From positions 62,001-126,000 of the forward strand of contig NIVC01000733.1 of NCBI GenBank assembly GCA_002269645.1: a stretch of 64,000 bases of DNA, written 5' to 3'. Shown piece by piece: positions 1 through 13,411 of this stretch. The number at the start of each line of letters is the position of its first letter. Within the stretch, counting starts at the first letter, position 1. Under the pieces are notes generated by a model. That model was not told where the DNA came from and ran no database searches. It saw nothing but the letters and a program-made list of their open reading frames with translations. This DNA comes from Macrostomum lignano. Lineage: Eukaryota. Made by a program: the position numbers and the translations under genes.

Positions 1-1544
1 GCCTCTTTAGACTAGTTCGTTGGGCTACAAGGAGGCCCCCGGGGTCCTTCCTTTTTAACACAAAAAGACCACGGGAGGGGTTGCGTGGGCCTTTGGAGTG
101 TTAGGAAGAGAGCGACAGAGAGAGAGAGAGGGGGGGGGTGGAGGAAGAGAGAAGTGAAGGAGGAAAATGGGCAAGGGAAAGAATTGAAGGGAGGGTCCCA
201 ACCCCGCGTGGAAAGACGGCGATTGTTGTGTGTGTACCGGGCCCACCGGAGTCTGTGGTGAACAAGTCTGGAGGAACTCTCTGAGGTGGGTAAAATCAAG
301 GAGAGAAGGCCAAGTGGTTGGGAAGAGAGAGAGAGGAGAAAAGGTCGGGAGGTTGTGGTTGCCCGGAGCTTGGAAACGAAAAGCCGGCCACCTTCTTCAA
401 CCAATGCGCCACTGCCTCATCCTGTTACCCCCTCGTCTACCCCCCAAAAAGACGGAACGCCTGCTTGCTCTCATTGAAGAGAAGAGCGCCCAAGACTCCT
501 CAGACCAGCCTTACCCTAACTAGAGCTTGCTAACCCCCGCCCACCTAAAGTCACGGTCACATCCATGCTTTCGGAGATGCAAGGTAGACAGACAGGCAGA
601 CAGACAGTCGAGGCATTGGGTTGGGACACACTTTTTTAAAATAAGGTGAACCAAAGAGGGCGATCGACGGGGGTGGGGAGGGAGAAGAAAGGTTGAGACA
701 GGAAGGCATAGGCTTGAGAAGTTGGAGCAAAAGTTAGTTAGTGGCTAAGAGCGCGATTCTCCTCACTGCGCTAAGCCTCTTTGCCATCAATTGGAGGAGA
801 AAAAGTGAAGGAGAGATCGAGAGGGAAGCGGTTGGGATGCAGCGCGCAGGCAAGCTGGTTGTAGGCAGAGAGGCAGAGAGACGTGAGCAGAATAGTCTCA
901 AGGCTTCTAGTTGCGGGGAAAATTAAAAAAAGAAACGTCCCACACCTTTGGCCAAATGCCCACCGCGGCTCTAAAGTCACATCGCCCACACAGAAAAAAA
1001 ACTGCAGGCAGGAAAGCCGCTAGCCAACAGCGACCGGTCAAGCTCCAAGCGTTTCCCAGATTCCTATATAAAACGCTTCCCCCTATAGAGAAAAAGAAGT
1101 TTGTTCTTGGATCGGGTGCAGTGTTTGGATCGATTTTTGAGGAAAATAGAATGTCAACAATTCCCGCGTCTGCACAAGTGAGGCCTGAGGGGCACGCATC
1201 GATGAGGGTGATGGCTGAGAAAGACTCCCCAGTATTGAGACCGCACTTCTGGGAGATGCAGACTCTGCAACCACGGCTTCTTGATCGATTTCCGGACAAT
1301 TTTTTTGCCCGCTGCTGCAAGCAAGCAAAACACAGCAGCAAGAGGAGAGAGAGCGAGAAAGAAAGTAGGCTTAATGGAATGCAGTTTGCACCAGCCAATG
1401 AAGATTAAGATTTGTTTACGATGGAATTTCGCCTTGTTCAAACTGTTCAACTAAGCGCCCCGATCTCCAAGTCTCGCATTTCTGCGTCTTGTAGACTTCA
1501 GAGTGCAGAGCTGGTGCAGCCTGAGTACCAAAACTGCATGATTC

Positions 1545-4050
1545 ACGAACCGACTCTCTTCTCTGACAATCGACTCTCGTCTCTGACAACAGACTCTCGT
1601 ATCTGACAACAGACTCTCTTCTCTGACAACAGACTCTCTTCTCTGACAACCGACTCTCTTCTCTGAAAACCGACTTTCTTCTCTGACAACCGACTTTCTT
1701 CTCTAACAACCGAATCTCTTCTCTGACATTCTTCTCTAACAACCGAATCTCTTCTCTGACAACCGACTCTCTTCTCTGACAACCGACTCTCTTCTCTGAC
1801 AACCCGGCTCTCTTCTCTGACAACCGACTCTCGTCTCTGACAACCGACTCTCGTCTCTGACAACCGACTCTCTTCTCTGACAACCCGACTCTCTTCTCTG
1901 ACAACCGACTTTCTTCTCTGACAACCGAATCTCTTCTCTGACAACCGACTCTCGTATCTGACAACCGACTCTCGTCTCTGACAACCGACTCTCATATCTG
2001 ACAACCGAATCTCGTCTCTGACAACCGACTCTCTTCTCTGACAACCGACTCTCTTCTCTGACAACCGACTCTCGTCTCTGACAACCGACTCTCTTCTCTG
2101 ACAACCGACTCTCTTCTCTGAAAACCGACTCTCTTCTCTGACAACTGACTCTGTTCTCTGACAACTGACTCTCGTCTCTGACAACCAATTCTCTCTTCTC
2201 TGACAACCGACTCTCGTCTCTGACAACCTACTCCCTCTTATCAGGCAACAGACTCTCTTCTCTGACAACCGACTCTCTTCTCTGACAACCGACTCTCGTA
2301 TCTAACAACCGACTCTCTTCTCTGAAAACCGACTCTCTTCTCTGACAACCGACTCTCTCTTCTCTGACAACAGACACTCTTCTCTGACAACCGACTCTCT
2401 TCTCTGACAACCGACTCTCTTCTCTGAAAATCGACTCTCTATTCTCTGACAATTGACTCTCGTCTCTGACAACCTATTCCCTCTTATCAGGCAACAGACT
2501 CTCTTCTCTGACAACCGACTCTCGTCTCTGACAACCAACCCTCTTCTCTGACAACCGACTCTCTTCTCTGACAACAGACTCTTTTCTCTGACAACCGACT
2601 CTCGTCTCTGACAACCGACTCTCGTCTCTGACAACCGACTCTCGTCTCTGAAAACCGACTCTCTTCTCTGAAAACCGACTTTCTTCTCTGACAACTGACT
2701 CTCGTATCTGACAACCGACTCTCTTCTCTGACAACCGACTCTCTTCTCTCACAACCGACTCTCGTAGCTAACAACCGACTCTCTTCTCTGAAAACCGACT
2801 CTCTTCTCTGACAACCGACTCTCTCTTCTCTGACAACAGACACTCTTCTCTGACAACCGACTCTCTTCTCTGAAAATCGATTCTCTCTTCTCTGACAATT
2901 GACTCTCGTCTCTGACAACCTATTCCCTCTTATCAGGCAACAGACTCTCTTCTCTGACAACCGACTCTCTTCTCTGACAACCAACCCTCTTCTTTGACAA
3001 CCGACTCTCTTCTCTGACAACAGACTCTTTTCTCTGACAACCGACTCTCGTCTCTGACAACCGACTCTCTTCTCTGACAACCGACTCTCGTCTCTGAAAA
3101 CCGACTCTCTTCTCTGAAAACCGACTTTCTTCTCTGACAACTGACTCTCTTCTCTGACAACCGACTCTCTTCTCTGACAACCGACTCTCGTCTCTGACAA
3201 CCGACTCTCGTCTCTGACAACTGACTCTGTTCTCTGACAACCGACTCTCTTCTCTGACAACCAACTCTCTTCTCTGACAATTGACTCTCGTCTCTGACAA
3301 CCAACTTTCTTCTCTGACAACAGACGTCACTCTCGTCTCTGACAACCGACTCTCTTCTCTGAAAACCGACTTTCTTCTCTGACAACCGACTCTCTTCTCT
3401 GACAACCAACTCTCTTCTCTGACAATTGACTCTCGTCTCTGACAACCAACTCTCTTCTCTGACAACAGACTCTCGTCTCTGACAACCGACTCTCTTCTCT
3501 GACAACCGACTCTCTTCTCTGACAACCGACTCTCGTCTCTGAAAACCGACTCTCGTCTCTGAAAACCGACTCTCTCTTCTCTGACAACCGACTCTCGTCT
3601 CTGAAAACCGACTCTCGTCTCTGAAAACCGACTCTCTCTTCTCTGACAACAGACTCTCTTCTCTGACAACCGACTCTCGTCTCTAACAACCGAATCTCTT
3701 CTCTGACAACCAACTCTCATCTCTGACAACCGACTCTCGTCTCTGACAACTGACTTTCTTCTCTGACAACCGACTCTCATCTCTGACAACCGACTCTCGT
3801 CTCTGACAACCAACTCTCATCTCTGACAACCAACTCTCGTCTCTGACAACCTACTCCCTCTTATCAGGCAACAGACTCTCTTCTCTGACAACCGACTCTC
3901 TTCTCTGACAACCGACTCTCTTCTCTGACAATTGACTCTCGTCTCTGACAACCTACTCCCTCTTATCAGGCAACAGACTCTCTTCTCTGACAACCGACTC
4001 TCTTCTCTGACAACCGACTCTCTTCTCTGACAACCGACTTTCTCTTCCCT
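1545..4050. repeat. 20-bp minisatellite (ctctgacaaccgactctctt)n
   Basis: Visible tandem array with recurrent variant units (cctactcccTCTTATCAGGCAACAG); source of the 'CQRRESVVREESRLSEKRV' ORFs. Confidence 0.97.
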
Positions 4051-4814
4051 GACCAACTTCGTAAACTCTCTCCCCCGACAACCAAATTCAACAGGCCTAA
4101 CTAACTCCATTGAAAACGTTTCGTTCGAGTAGCTAACTAAACCTAAACGCAATTTTAGCTTAGCAACCAACAGAGAGCCAGCCTCCATGATGATGAGGGA
4201 ATTGATTAGATTTTCGTTGCCCGCCCTTCATCTTCTTCGTCTTAAGGTCTCTGGGATAAAAAAATCTACAGAGGAAAAGCGATGGGGCAGTGGTGCAGAG
4301 TTGAAGACCGAGCCAAAGTCTACTGTTGCGACTCCAAATTGGGAATTATTGATTTCCGTCTTATCTCGGCTTCCCCCCTCTCTCTCTCTCTCTCTCATTT
4401 CTTCCTTTCTCCAAGAGAGGTTTCTACCAACCGGACTCCGCTGGTGCAGAATATATATATTTATACTCTTATATACATACACATAAATCCAGTAAAGATC
4501 TCCACCCACTCGTGCCAGAAATTCAATTGCCTGCTCGTTTCGCCGAGTTTTCAGGAGAGCGTCGCTTCGAATAAGGGAGGGGCTGGGGGGTTGGTGGCGG
4601 GTGCAATCATCGGCAATATCAGAGAGAGAGAGAGAGAGAGAGAAAAGGCAAAAGCAGCGAGGTATGCGCTCGAAAGTGAAGGATAAATAAATTCCTTAGT
4701 AGTTTTCTATCCTTTATGTACGAACGAATCCACTGTGCCCAGGTCCTATAGGCAACCCTTTTCGGGCTCACTTGTTTACGCTTCCATCTCTGGCCTGTCT
4801 TCTCCCTCTATCTA

Positions 4815-4845
<31 letters not shown>

Positions 4846-5039
4846 GTCTTGTGTCGGAATCTCAACCTTCAGCACTCCTTTCACCTCTCGAATCTTTGCT
4901 CTCTGTCTCTCTTATCTGTGTTTTTCTCTGTGTTGTGTCCGCCTGCCTGTTCTTACTGTCTCTAAGTGCCTGTCCACGCGTATGTTTCTTTCTTCCTGTC
5001 TTTTTATGTCACCCTCTGTCTCCCCTTTGTCATCTTTAG

Positions 5040-5730
5040 TTACCCCCTGTCACCCTCTATCAACCTTTATCAACCTCTATCACGGCCTATATCAACCTTT
5101 ATCACCCTCTGTCACCCTCTATCAACCTTTATCACCCTCTGTCACCCTCTATCAACCTTTATCACCCTCTGTCACCCTCTATCAACCTTTATCACCCTCT
5201 GTCACCCTCTGTCAACCTTTATCACCCTCTGTCACCCTCTATCAACCTTTATCACCCTCTGTCACCCTCTATCAACCTTTATCACCCTCTGTCACCCTCT
5301 ATCAACCTTTATCACCCTCTGTCACCCTCTATCAACCTTTATCACCCTCTGTCACCCTCTATCAACCTTTATCACCCTCTGTCACCCTCTATCAACCTTT
5401 ATCACCCTCTGTCACCCTCTATCAACCTTTATCACCCTCTGTCACCCTCTATCAACCTTTATCACCCTCTGTCACCCTCTATCAACCTTTATCACCCTCT
5501 GTCACCCTCTATCAACCTTTATCACCCTCTGTCACCCTCTATCAACCTTTATCAACCCTGGCACCCTCTATCAACTTTTATCACCCCGTGTCACAATCTA
5601 TCAACCTTTATCACCCTATGTCACCCTCTATCAACCTTTATCACTCTCTGTCACCCTCCATCAACCTTTATCACCCCCTGTCACCCTCTATCAACATTTA
5701 TCACCCCTGGCACAATCTATCAACCTTTTA
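5040..5730. repeat. 30-bp minisatellite (atcaccctctgtcaccctctatcaaccttt)n built from three 10-bp subunits
   Basis: Homogeneous tandem array. Confidence 0.97.
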
Positions 5731-7724
5731 TGAGAGTTTTGTCTGGTTTGTAAATCCTGTTTACATGCAATAGGTCATGACGATAATCCTTATTTAGCTA
5801 AGCTGCTCATTGCAGGTTGCGGTCTGTTATTTTTATTATTATCGATCTCTCTGGTATTATTGGTAAAGCAGACTAAAAACACAATATGAACCTATATCTG
5901 ACTTTTTCAGGTGTTGTTCTCGCAGTTTTTTTTCAATTTCCTATTATTCTTATGTGGGAACAATTTTGCAAAGTAATTATTATGCAGCTATTACTTAGTT
6001 AGTACCCAGATTATTGCATTAGAAAATCTGCAACGGCCAGAATGCAACAGACAGCAACGGCAGAAGCGGATCAATGCCCCCCCCCCCCCCCCCTACTGGC
6101 CTGTTGCTTTAGACTATAATCCTTTTTTCGATCTGGCGCCTTCATGTATATGCAGTGTAGTGCTAAGCTTCACTAGATCCTGCTGTTGCCTCTCATGCTA
6201 CCTTTGAGCTGCGATTTCTTCCTAATACTGTCTGTCTTTTTCTTCTATTTTTCTTCTGCTTTTGCCATGCCAGCCCCGCCCAACGACTTGCGTACATGTC
6301 TAGATGGCTTATTTTTAACCTCGAAGCCAACAATAGCATACGTATAAAGCTTTTTATATGCCTATAAATAATCAGCACACAAACAATAGCTTTATATAGG
6401 AGGGGCAACACGTGTGACAAGCGACGCAGGAATCTACTAAAATCTTCCTCAATAATAAAATCCCTCGGGCGGCAAGGGAGGCAGCGTTTTTCCTGAGCTC
6501 TCCGTGGATTAAACTGCTTCGGCGGATTAATATAAGTGAAGCGGAATTCTGTGGTGGGGGGGAGTGCCAATCCGGTCTGTTGTCTTCCGCGCACAAGCCT
6601 GAATCTTTCTTGCCTGTTAGCCTCTAGAGGAAGAGCTGTTTTCAGAACAGATAGCTGCAGCGATTTTGATTTTCCTCTGTTATTCCTGCTTTCCAATCCT
6701 GTCAGGCATGCAGCAACGCGGCCCACCCTTCACCGTCTCCCTACCTGCAAGTCCGGCAAGTCTATTGCAGCCACTGCAGATTCGGGGGGAACCGGATTAA
6801 AAAAATCTCTCCTATACTGCATTATGCTTGTTATAGTCTCTCTTCCCGAGGAGATTATTAGGTTTCCCTTATCCTAATTCATACTTATAGGTAGAGAAAC
6901 AGAGAGAGAGAGAATGGCTTGTGCCAGAAAAGATTTGCCCAGCTGTGCTAACTGGCTGAAACTACTATACTACTACAATAGTGGTAAAGTGCCCGCGTAT
7001 CTACGGCTCCTCATATAGCAGAGCCGCGACGTTAATTTCAGAAGAAGAGGCTTGTTCTGTAGTCTGATTATCTTGTAATTAGTTTTTATACTTTGTTTAA
7101 TCTTCCGCTTTAACCACTCTCTCACCCTTGATATCTTTTCTCCCCCATTTCTACTTCTCTTCCTTACTCCTCCTCTTTGCATCTCCGTATTTCCCCTTTT
7201 CCCATCTTCCTTCTCCACTAATCATAAGGTTTCCAGGGTCTCACCATCCCAGCGTTGGTCTATCCGTCTTTCTTTATACTTTTCTTCTAGCATTCAATAA
7301 TTAGGACCCCTCATCCTCTTTGCAGGTGGGCTTAATTACCATCATCATCTTCTGAAAAATGTTCCGACGCCTCGACAGCAAATAAGACGATGTCAGGGAA
7401 ACGCACATTCTCTCGCAATACAGTTAGTTGCTTAGGGCATATTTTCTCGTACTAGAATGATGCATCGGTACGACGTATTCTAATGCATTCTGCGTCAGAC
7501 TACGACTGGGTACGGGCACTGTAATTATGACTTGTTTTTTGTCATCCTGCTCTGCATGAAATGCCCTGATTTCCAGGTTCGGAGAGTCAAATTAGGGATT
7601 GTGGGGACCCTGGAGGGGGAAGGTGGACTTGTCCTTCAGTGACTGGAGAGACTAGAAAGAGGCAGTCCTAAAGTATTGAAAGATGTGAGTAACAAGATCT
7701 GCTTTAGACGAAACTAGCTCGCAG

Positions 7725-8115
7725 AGTTGCAGGGTTGTGACGTCATGGATATTGCAGAGTACGACGTCATAGAGATTGCAGGGTGTGACGTCATGGAGAT
7801 TGCAGAGTGCGACGTCATAGAGATTGCAGGGTGTGACGTCATGGAGATTGCAGAGTGCGACGTCATGGAGATTGTAGGGTGTGACGTCATGGATATTGCA
7901 GGGTGCGACGTCATAGAGATTGCAGGGTGTGACGTCATGGAGATTGCAGAGTGCGACGTCATGGAGATTGCAAGGTGTAATGTAATGTTATGGAGATTGC
8001 AGAGTGCGACGTCATGGAGATTGCAAGGTGTAATGTAATGTTATGGAGATTGCAGAGTGCGACGTCATGGAAATTTCACGGTGAGACGTCATGGACATTG
8101 CAGGGTGCGACGTCA
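7725..8115. repeat. 24-bp (48-bp dimer) minisatellite carrying TGACGTCA/CGACGTCA
   Basis: gggtgtgacgtcatggagattgca alternating with gagtgcgacgtcatagagattgca. Confidence 0.95.
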
Positions 8116-9224
8116 CGAAGAATGCTATTAGACAAACCATTCTTAATCCGCTGAAGTTGGTGGAATGTTGTCAATAACATGCACTTCAGTATTATAATTA
8201 CACATGCCGTTAACATAAGTTGAGTAAATGTGCAAGGCCGGGTAAATGTAAGGCGTTGGCTAAGTATTCCTATGTAAGCTAAGAGCCAAGAAGAGATGGG
8301 CGTTTTGCAGAAATCAAGAGGGAAAGAAAAGTGAATGAAGGGCAATGGGCTGTTGCAGTAAGTGGCATGCTGGTGCTGCTGCTGATGGTGATGGTCATCG
8401 GAGTGAATCGGCGAGATGGGCTGTGGTGGTTGGGCCTAAAGCTGTTGACTGATGTAATGAAGTTTTGGGAAGAAACAGTGGCCAAATGGGGTAAAGTTGC
8501 TATTTTCCAGCCCCTCTCTCTCCCTCTCGCTCGCCCGCCCTCCCTGGCTTAGAGCTCATTATCTCAGCTTGGAATCTTCGCGTGCACAGCCTCATACTCC
8601 TCCATCTCTCTTCTCCCAGTGGCGGCTAGCATATGCTATATAGTAAGTCTCCCAAAGTGTGGCAAAATTTTCCCATACAAGCTGCAAGATATATGCGAGT
8701 AGAAAAAATCCTGTCAGTCTGTGATCTGATCCCGGCAGAACAGTGAAGTGTTGATGGTTTTAGCTTTGCCCTCCGCCCCCACCAGTTCTACCCCTCATCT
8801 CTCCCGCCCTCTCCCTCTTTTACTTTCCCACCCTGTGTGTGCAGTTCTGCATCGATTCCTTTGCAGTCTGGCGGGGGGGGGGCGGGGCACGAGGGAAAAA
8901 AAACAGAAGAATTCGAGCGTCGCTGCACACAGAAGTAGCTTCCAGAATGGAGGGGGGGGTTGCCGTTAAAACAGTGAAGTAAACAGTAGTAAGTATGGTA
9001 ATAAAAGTATAGAAAGTAGTCCTTGCTACAGGACTCAAAAAAACAGTTGTCTGTCGTATAAAATAGATGACAGATTTAAATAAGTCGGGATTCCAGATTT
9101 AAACATAAAATATTTTGCAATAAAAATACATACTTTTTTATACATTGTCAAATTACGAATTCCAATTAAGAAGTTACAAATATGACATGCAGGGAACTAC
9201 ATGTAATAATATGGGTAGAGAATC

Positions 9225-9665
9225 ACAGTGGTAGAGAATCACAGGAGTGGAGTATCATAGGAATAGAGAATCACAGGGGTAGAGAATCACAGGGGTGGAG
9301 TATCATAGGGGAAGAGAATCACAGGGGTAAAGAATCACAGGGGTAGAGAATCATAGGAATAGAGAATCACAGGGGTAGAGAATCACAGGGGCAGAGAATC
9401 ATAGGGGTAGAGAATCACAGGGGTAGAGAATCACAGGGCAGAGAATCACAGGGGTAGTGAATCACAGGGGTAGAGAATCACAGGGGTAGAGAATAATCAC
9501 AGGGGTAGAGAATCACAGGGGTAGAGAATAATCACAGGGGTAGAGAATAATCACAGGGGTAGAGAAACACAGGGGTAGAGAATCACAGGGGTAGAGAATC
9601 ACAGGGGTAGAGAATCACAGGGGTAGAGAATCACAGGGGTAGTGAATCACAGGGGTAGAGAACCA
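9225..9665. repeat. 16-bp minisatellite (caggggtagagaatca)n
   Basis: Tandem array. Confidence 0.95.
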
Positions 9666-10739
9666 CATACGGACACGTGACAACAACTGTAACCGCAGCA
9701 CTGTGCAGTACAGAGGGACTTTATAAATTGCGACCTTTCTGCACAATTTTCACTCTGGCCTGGCAACTATTGAACACAATGGACTGTTTTGTCCCACGTT
9801 TCTTCTATCCCAGGAAATGCAGGCGGAAGATGTTAGCGTAGTGCATGAATTTACAATGACTGACTGACTGACTGGCTGACTTGGCATCACTGCCAAACTA
9901 TCTGCCTATTTTTCTCTAATATTTGTCAAAGATTTTTTCTTTTACATTTTCCCTCGATAAAACTGTCTATCTCCGAATTTCAACTTGGAATTCATTCAAA
10001 CTTCTCTCTTTTCTTCATACACTTTCTCTCCCAGGAGAATAACCACCGCCCAAAGATAGATAGGATGCTTGTTTGCCAGACCAGGATGAAGAGTTAGCAG
10101 AAAAGGTTTGCTTGATCTTTCTTCCCCTTGGCGAACACTTCTTCTCCCTTGTAGCCATAGTCGGCCATAAAAAGATTCAAGAGTGAGGAAGAAGAACGAA
10201 AGAAAAGTGAGCGGGAAGTGCTTGGGAGGGTTGGTTGGTTGGAAATCGGCTGGATTTGATTTTGCCAGAGCCTATATACGAGGTCCAATAGATTGGAGTC
10301 CCATCTCATCCCCCAGCCTCAGAGCACGGGGAAGGCCCATCTCGATCAGATCTGTCGGAGTTGGCGGCATGCTAGTAAACTTTGAGGAGTGAGCAGTGGG
10401 CTGGGGTGAGGGAAATTAATGAGGAGAAAGAAAGTTGAAATCTTTGGGGTCCGGGTGCTGCTGCATCATGGCTAAGCTTCTATTCGGGTATATTCGATTC
10501 ATTCATCTTGCTATAAAATAATCTAAATCTTCCTTCTTCATCCGCCTCTTTAAGCTCGGCGCCTCAGTCCCACAGTCTCAAATGAGTGCAACAGGGAAAG
10601 CTATATTGATAGATAAAAGAAATATAGGGATGAAGATCGCGCACGCGCTGGCTATATCCCTATATAGTTGATACTCGAAGTCCGGATGGCTTAATTGAGT
10701 TTTTCGAGGGTCGGACGCCTGATAGAAGGGAAACGCGGG

Positions 10740-10740
<1 letters not shown>

Positions 10741-10823
<83 letters not shown>

Positions 10824-11047
10824 GAGAGAAGGAGAGAGAGAGAGAGAGAGAGGAGGGCGCCTCCAATCTCGGGCACTGACACGGTAGAAAGTCAGAAAGG
10901 ACTGAAAAAAGTCAATTTAAATTGAGTAAAGTGAGTTTCAAATTGAGTAAATTGAAACGCGGGGACAGAGAGACAGAGAGAGAGAGAGAGATAGAGAGAG
11001 AAAGAGAAAGAGAGAGAGAGATAGAGAGAGAAAGAGAGAGAAAGAGA

Positions 11048-11092
<45 letters not shown>
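10741..11092. repeat. Two (AG)n microsatellites, each preceded by gaaacgcggggac
   Basis: Runs at ~10741-10850 and ~10965-11092. Confidence 0.95.
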
Positions 11093-11769
11093 GAGATCAG
11101 ATCACGTGACGCAGAGCTAGGTGCCTAAAGAAGACGAGAAAGGGGAAAGGAAGAGGCGAAGATTTTTTAGCCGAAGCGAATGCCTAACAGTTAAAAGAGT
11201 TAAAAAGGTTGGAAGGAGGGAGAATTGATGAGGCAGAGAGTTTGGACGGCTTCCTAGAAACCCAACCCCGCCCCCCCCCAGCCCCCAGCCCATTGCGCTT
11301 AGCGGCGTTAATCTAATTCGCATGAAATACTCCCCTCCGAGTCGGGCGGTGGTTGAGGGAAAATTTGAGAAGATATCTCTGTAGGGCCTCTTCTCTCTTC
11401 TGCTTTTTTGCTTGGAGAGATTAAGTTGTGCATCGAGGGAGACGCGGCTTCTTCTTCTTCTTTTTAACCGCCCGCGCGAAGTCTCGAGTTTCCTTCGACT
11501 CTCGCGTTTTAGTCTGTTTTTTTCCTTTAGTGCGATAAGTTTTTTATCCCCCCCGCTAGATTCCTAGGTAATATCCCCAATCAACCATGATGTATTACGT
11601 TGGCGCAGTTAATCGGGTAAAAAAAGGCAGAATTACTGTAGCCAACTCATCTGCTGTCTTGATTTGTGTATATGGCTTCTTATTGCAATTTCTTTATTAA
11701 TCTGCTTCACTTATAGTAGGACTTTGATTTTCAGTGACTAATACTGATCAAATTAGTGATCAGATGAAA

Positions 11770-13398
11770 CTAATCTGTGTTTCAGTGACCCGAGTCTGTG
11801 TTTCAGTGACCCGAGTCTGTATTTCAGGGACCCCAATCTGTATTTCAGTGACCTCAGTCTGTATTTCAGTGACCCCAGTCTGTATTTCAGTGACCCCAGT
11901 CTGTATTTCAGTGACCTCAATCTGTATTTCAGTGACCTCAATCTGTATTTCAGTGACCCCAGTCTGTATTTCAGTGACCCCAGTCTGTATTTCAGTGATC
12001 CCAGTCTGTATTTCAGTGACCCCAGTCTGTATTTCAGTGACCCCAGTCTGTATTTCAGTGACCCCAGTCTGTATTTCAGTGACCCCAGTCTGTATTTCAG
12101 TGACCCCAATCTGTATTTCAGTGACCTCAATCTGTATCTCAGTGACCCCAGTCTGTATTTCAGTGACCCCAATCTGTATTTCAGTGACCTCAATCTGTAT
12201 TTCAGTGACCCCAGTCTGTATTTCAGTGACCTCAATCTGCATTTAAGTGACCCCAATCTGTATTTCAGTGACCCCAGTCTGTATTTCAGTGATCCCAGTC
12301 TGTATTTCAGTGACCCCAGTCTGTATTTCAGTGACCCCAGTCTGTATTTCAGTGACCCCAATCTGTATTTCAGTGACCCCAATCTGTATTTCAGTGACCT
12401 CAATCTGTATTTCAGTGACCCCTGTCTGTATTTCAGTGACCCCAGTCTGTATTTCAGTGACCTCAATCTGTATTTCAGTGACCCCAGTCTGTATTTCAGT
12501 GACCCCAATCTGTATTTCAGTGACCCCAGTCTGTATTTCAGTGACCCCAGTCTGTATTTCAGTGACCCCAATCTGTATTTCAGTGACCCCAATCTGTATT
12601 TCAGTGACCTCAATCTGTATTTCAGTGACCCCTGTCTGTATTTCAGTGACCCCAGTCTGTATTTCAGTGACCTCAATCTGTACTTCAGTGACCCCTGTCT
12701 GTATTTCAGTGACCTCAATCTGTACTTCAGTGACCCCTGTCTGTATTTCAGTGACCCCAAACTGTATTTCAGTGACCCCAATCTGTATTTCAGTGACCTC
12801 AATCTGTATTTCAGTGACCCCAGTCTGTATTTCAGTGACCTCAATCTGTATTTCAGTGACCCCAATCTGTATTTCAGTGACCCCAGTCTGTATTTCAGTG
12901 ATCCCAGTCTGTATTTCAGTGACCCCAGTCTGTATTTCAGTGACCCCAGTCTGTATTTCAGTGACCCCAATCTGTATTTCAGTGACCCCAATCTGTATTT
13001 CAGTGACCTCAATCTGTATTTCAGTGACCCCTGTCTGTATTTCAGTGACCCCAGTCTGTATTTCAGTGACCTCAATCTGTATTTCAGTGACCCCAGTCTG
13101 TATTTCAGTGACCCCAATCTGTATTTCAGTGACCCCAGTCTGTATTTCAGTGACCCCAGTCTGTATTTCAGTGACCCCAATCTGTATTTCAGTGACCCCA
13201 ATCTGTATTTCAGTGACCTCAATCTGTATTTCAGTGACCCCTGTCTGTATTTCAGTGACCCCAGTCTGTATTTCAGTGACCTCAATCTGTACTTCAGTGA
13301 CCCCTGTCTGTATTTCAGTGACCCCAAACTGTATTTCAGTGACCCCAATCTGTATTTCAGTGACCCCAGTCTGTATTTCAGTGACCCCAGTCTGTATT
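11770..13398. repeat. 21-bp minisatellite (atctgtatttcagtgacccca)n abutting the Musashi exon-5 donor
   Basis: Tandem array; source of the 412-598 aa repeat ORFs. Confidence 0.97.
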
Positions 13399-13411
13399 CC
13401 GCAGGACTCAC

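Noticed and set aside
907-1408. Overlapping 163-aa (-) and 165-aa (+) ORFs
   Set aside because: Both start at TTG, have no recognisable domain and no matching splice phases to the Musashi gene.
1416-4188. Many long minus-strand ORFs (CQRRESVVREESRLSEKRV...)
   Set aside because: Translations of a 20-bp minisatellite; the unit is not a multiple of 3 and all frames give the same motifs.
8279-8485. His/Gln-rich stretch as a possible further Musashi exon
   Set aside because: No RRM2 motif and no convincing donor site; the next Musashi exon should start with K(K)IFVGG-like sequence.
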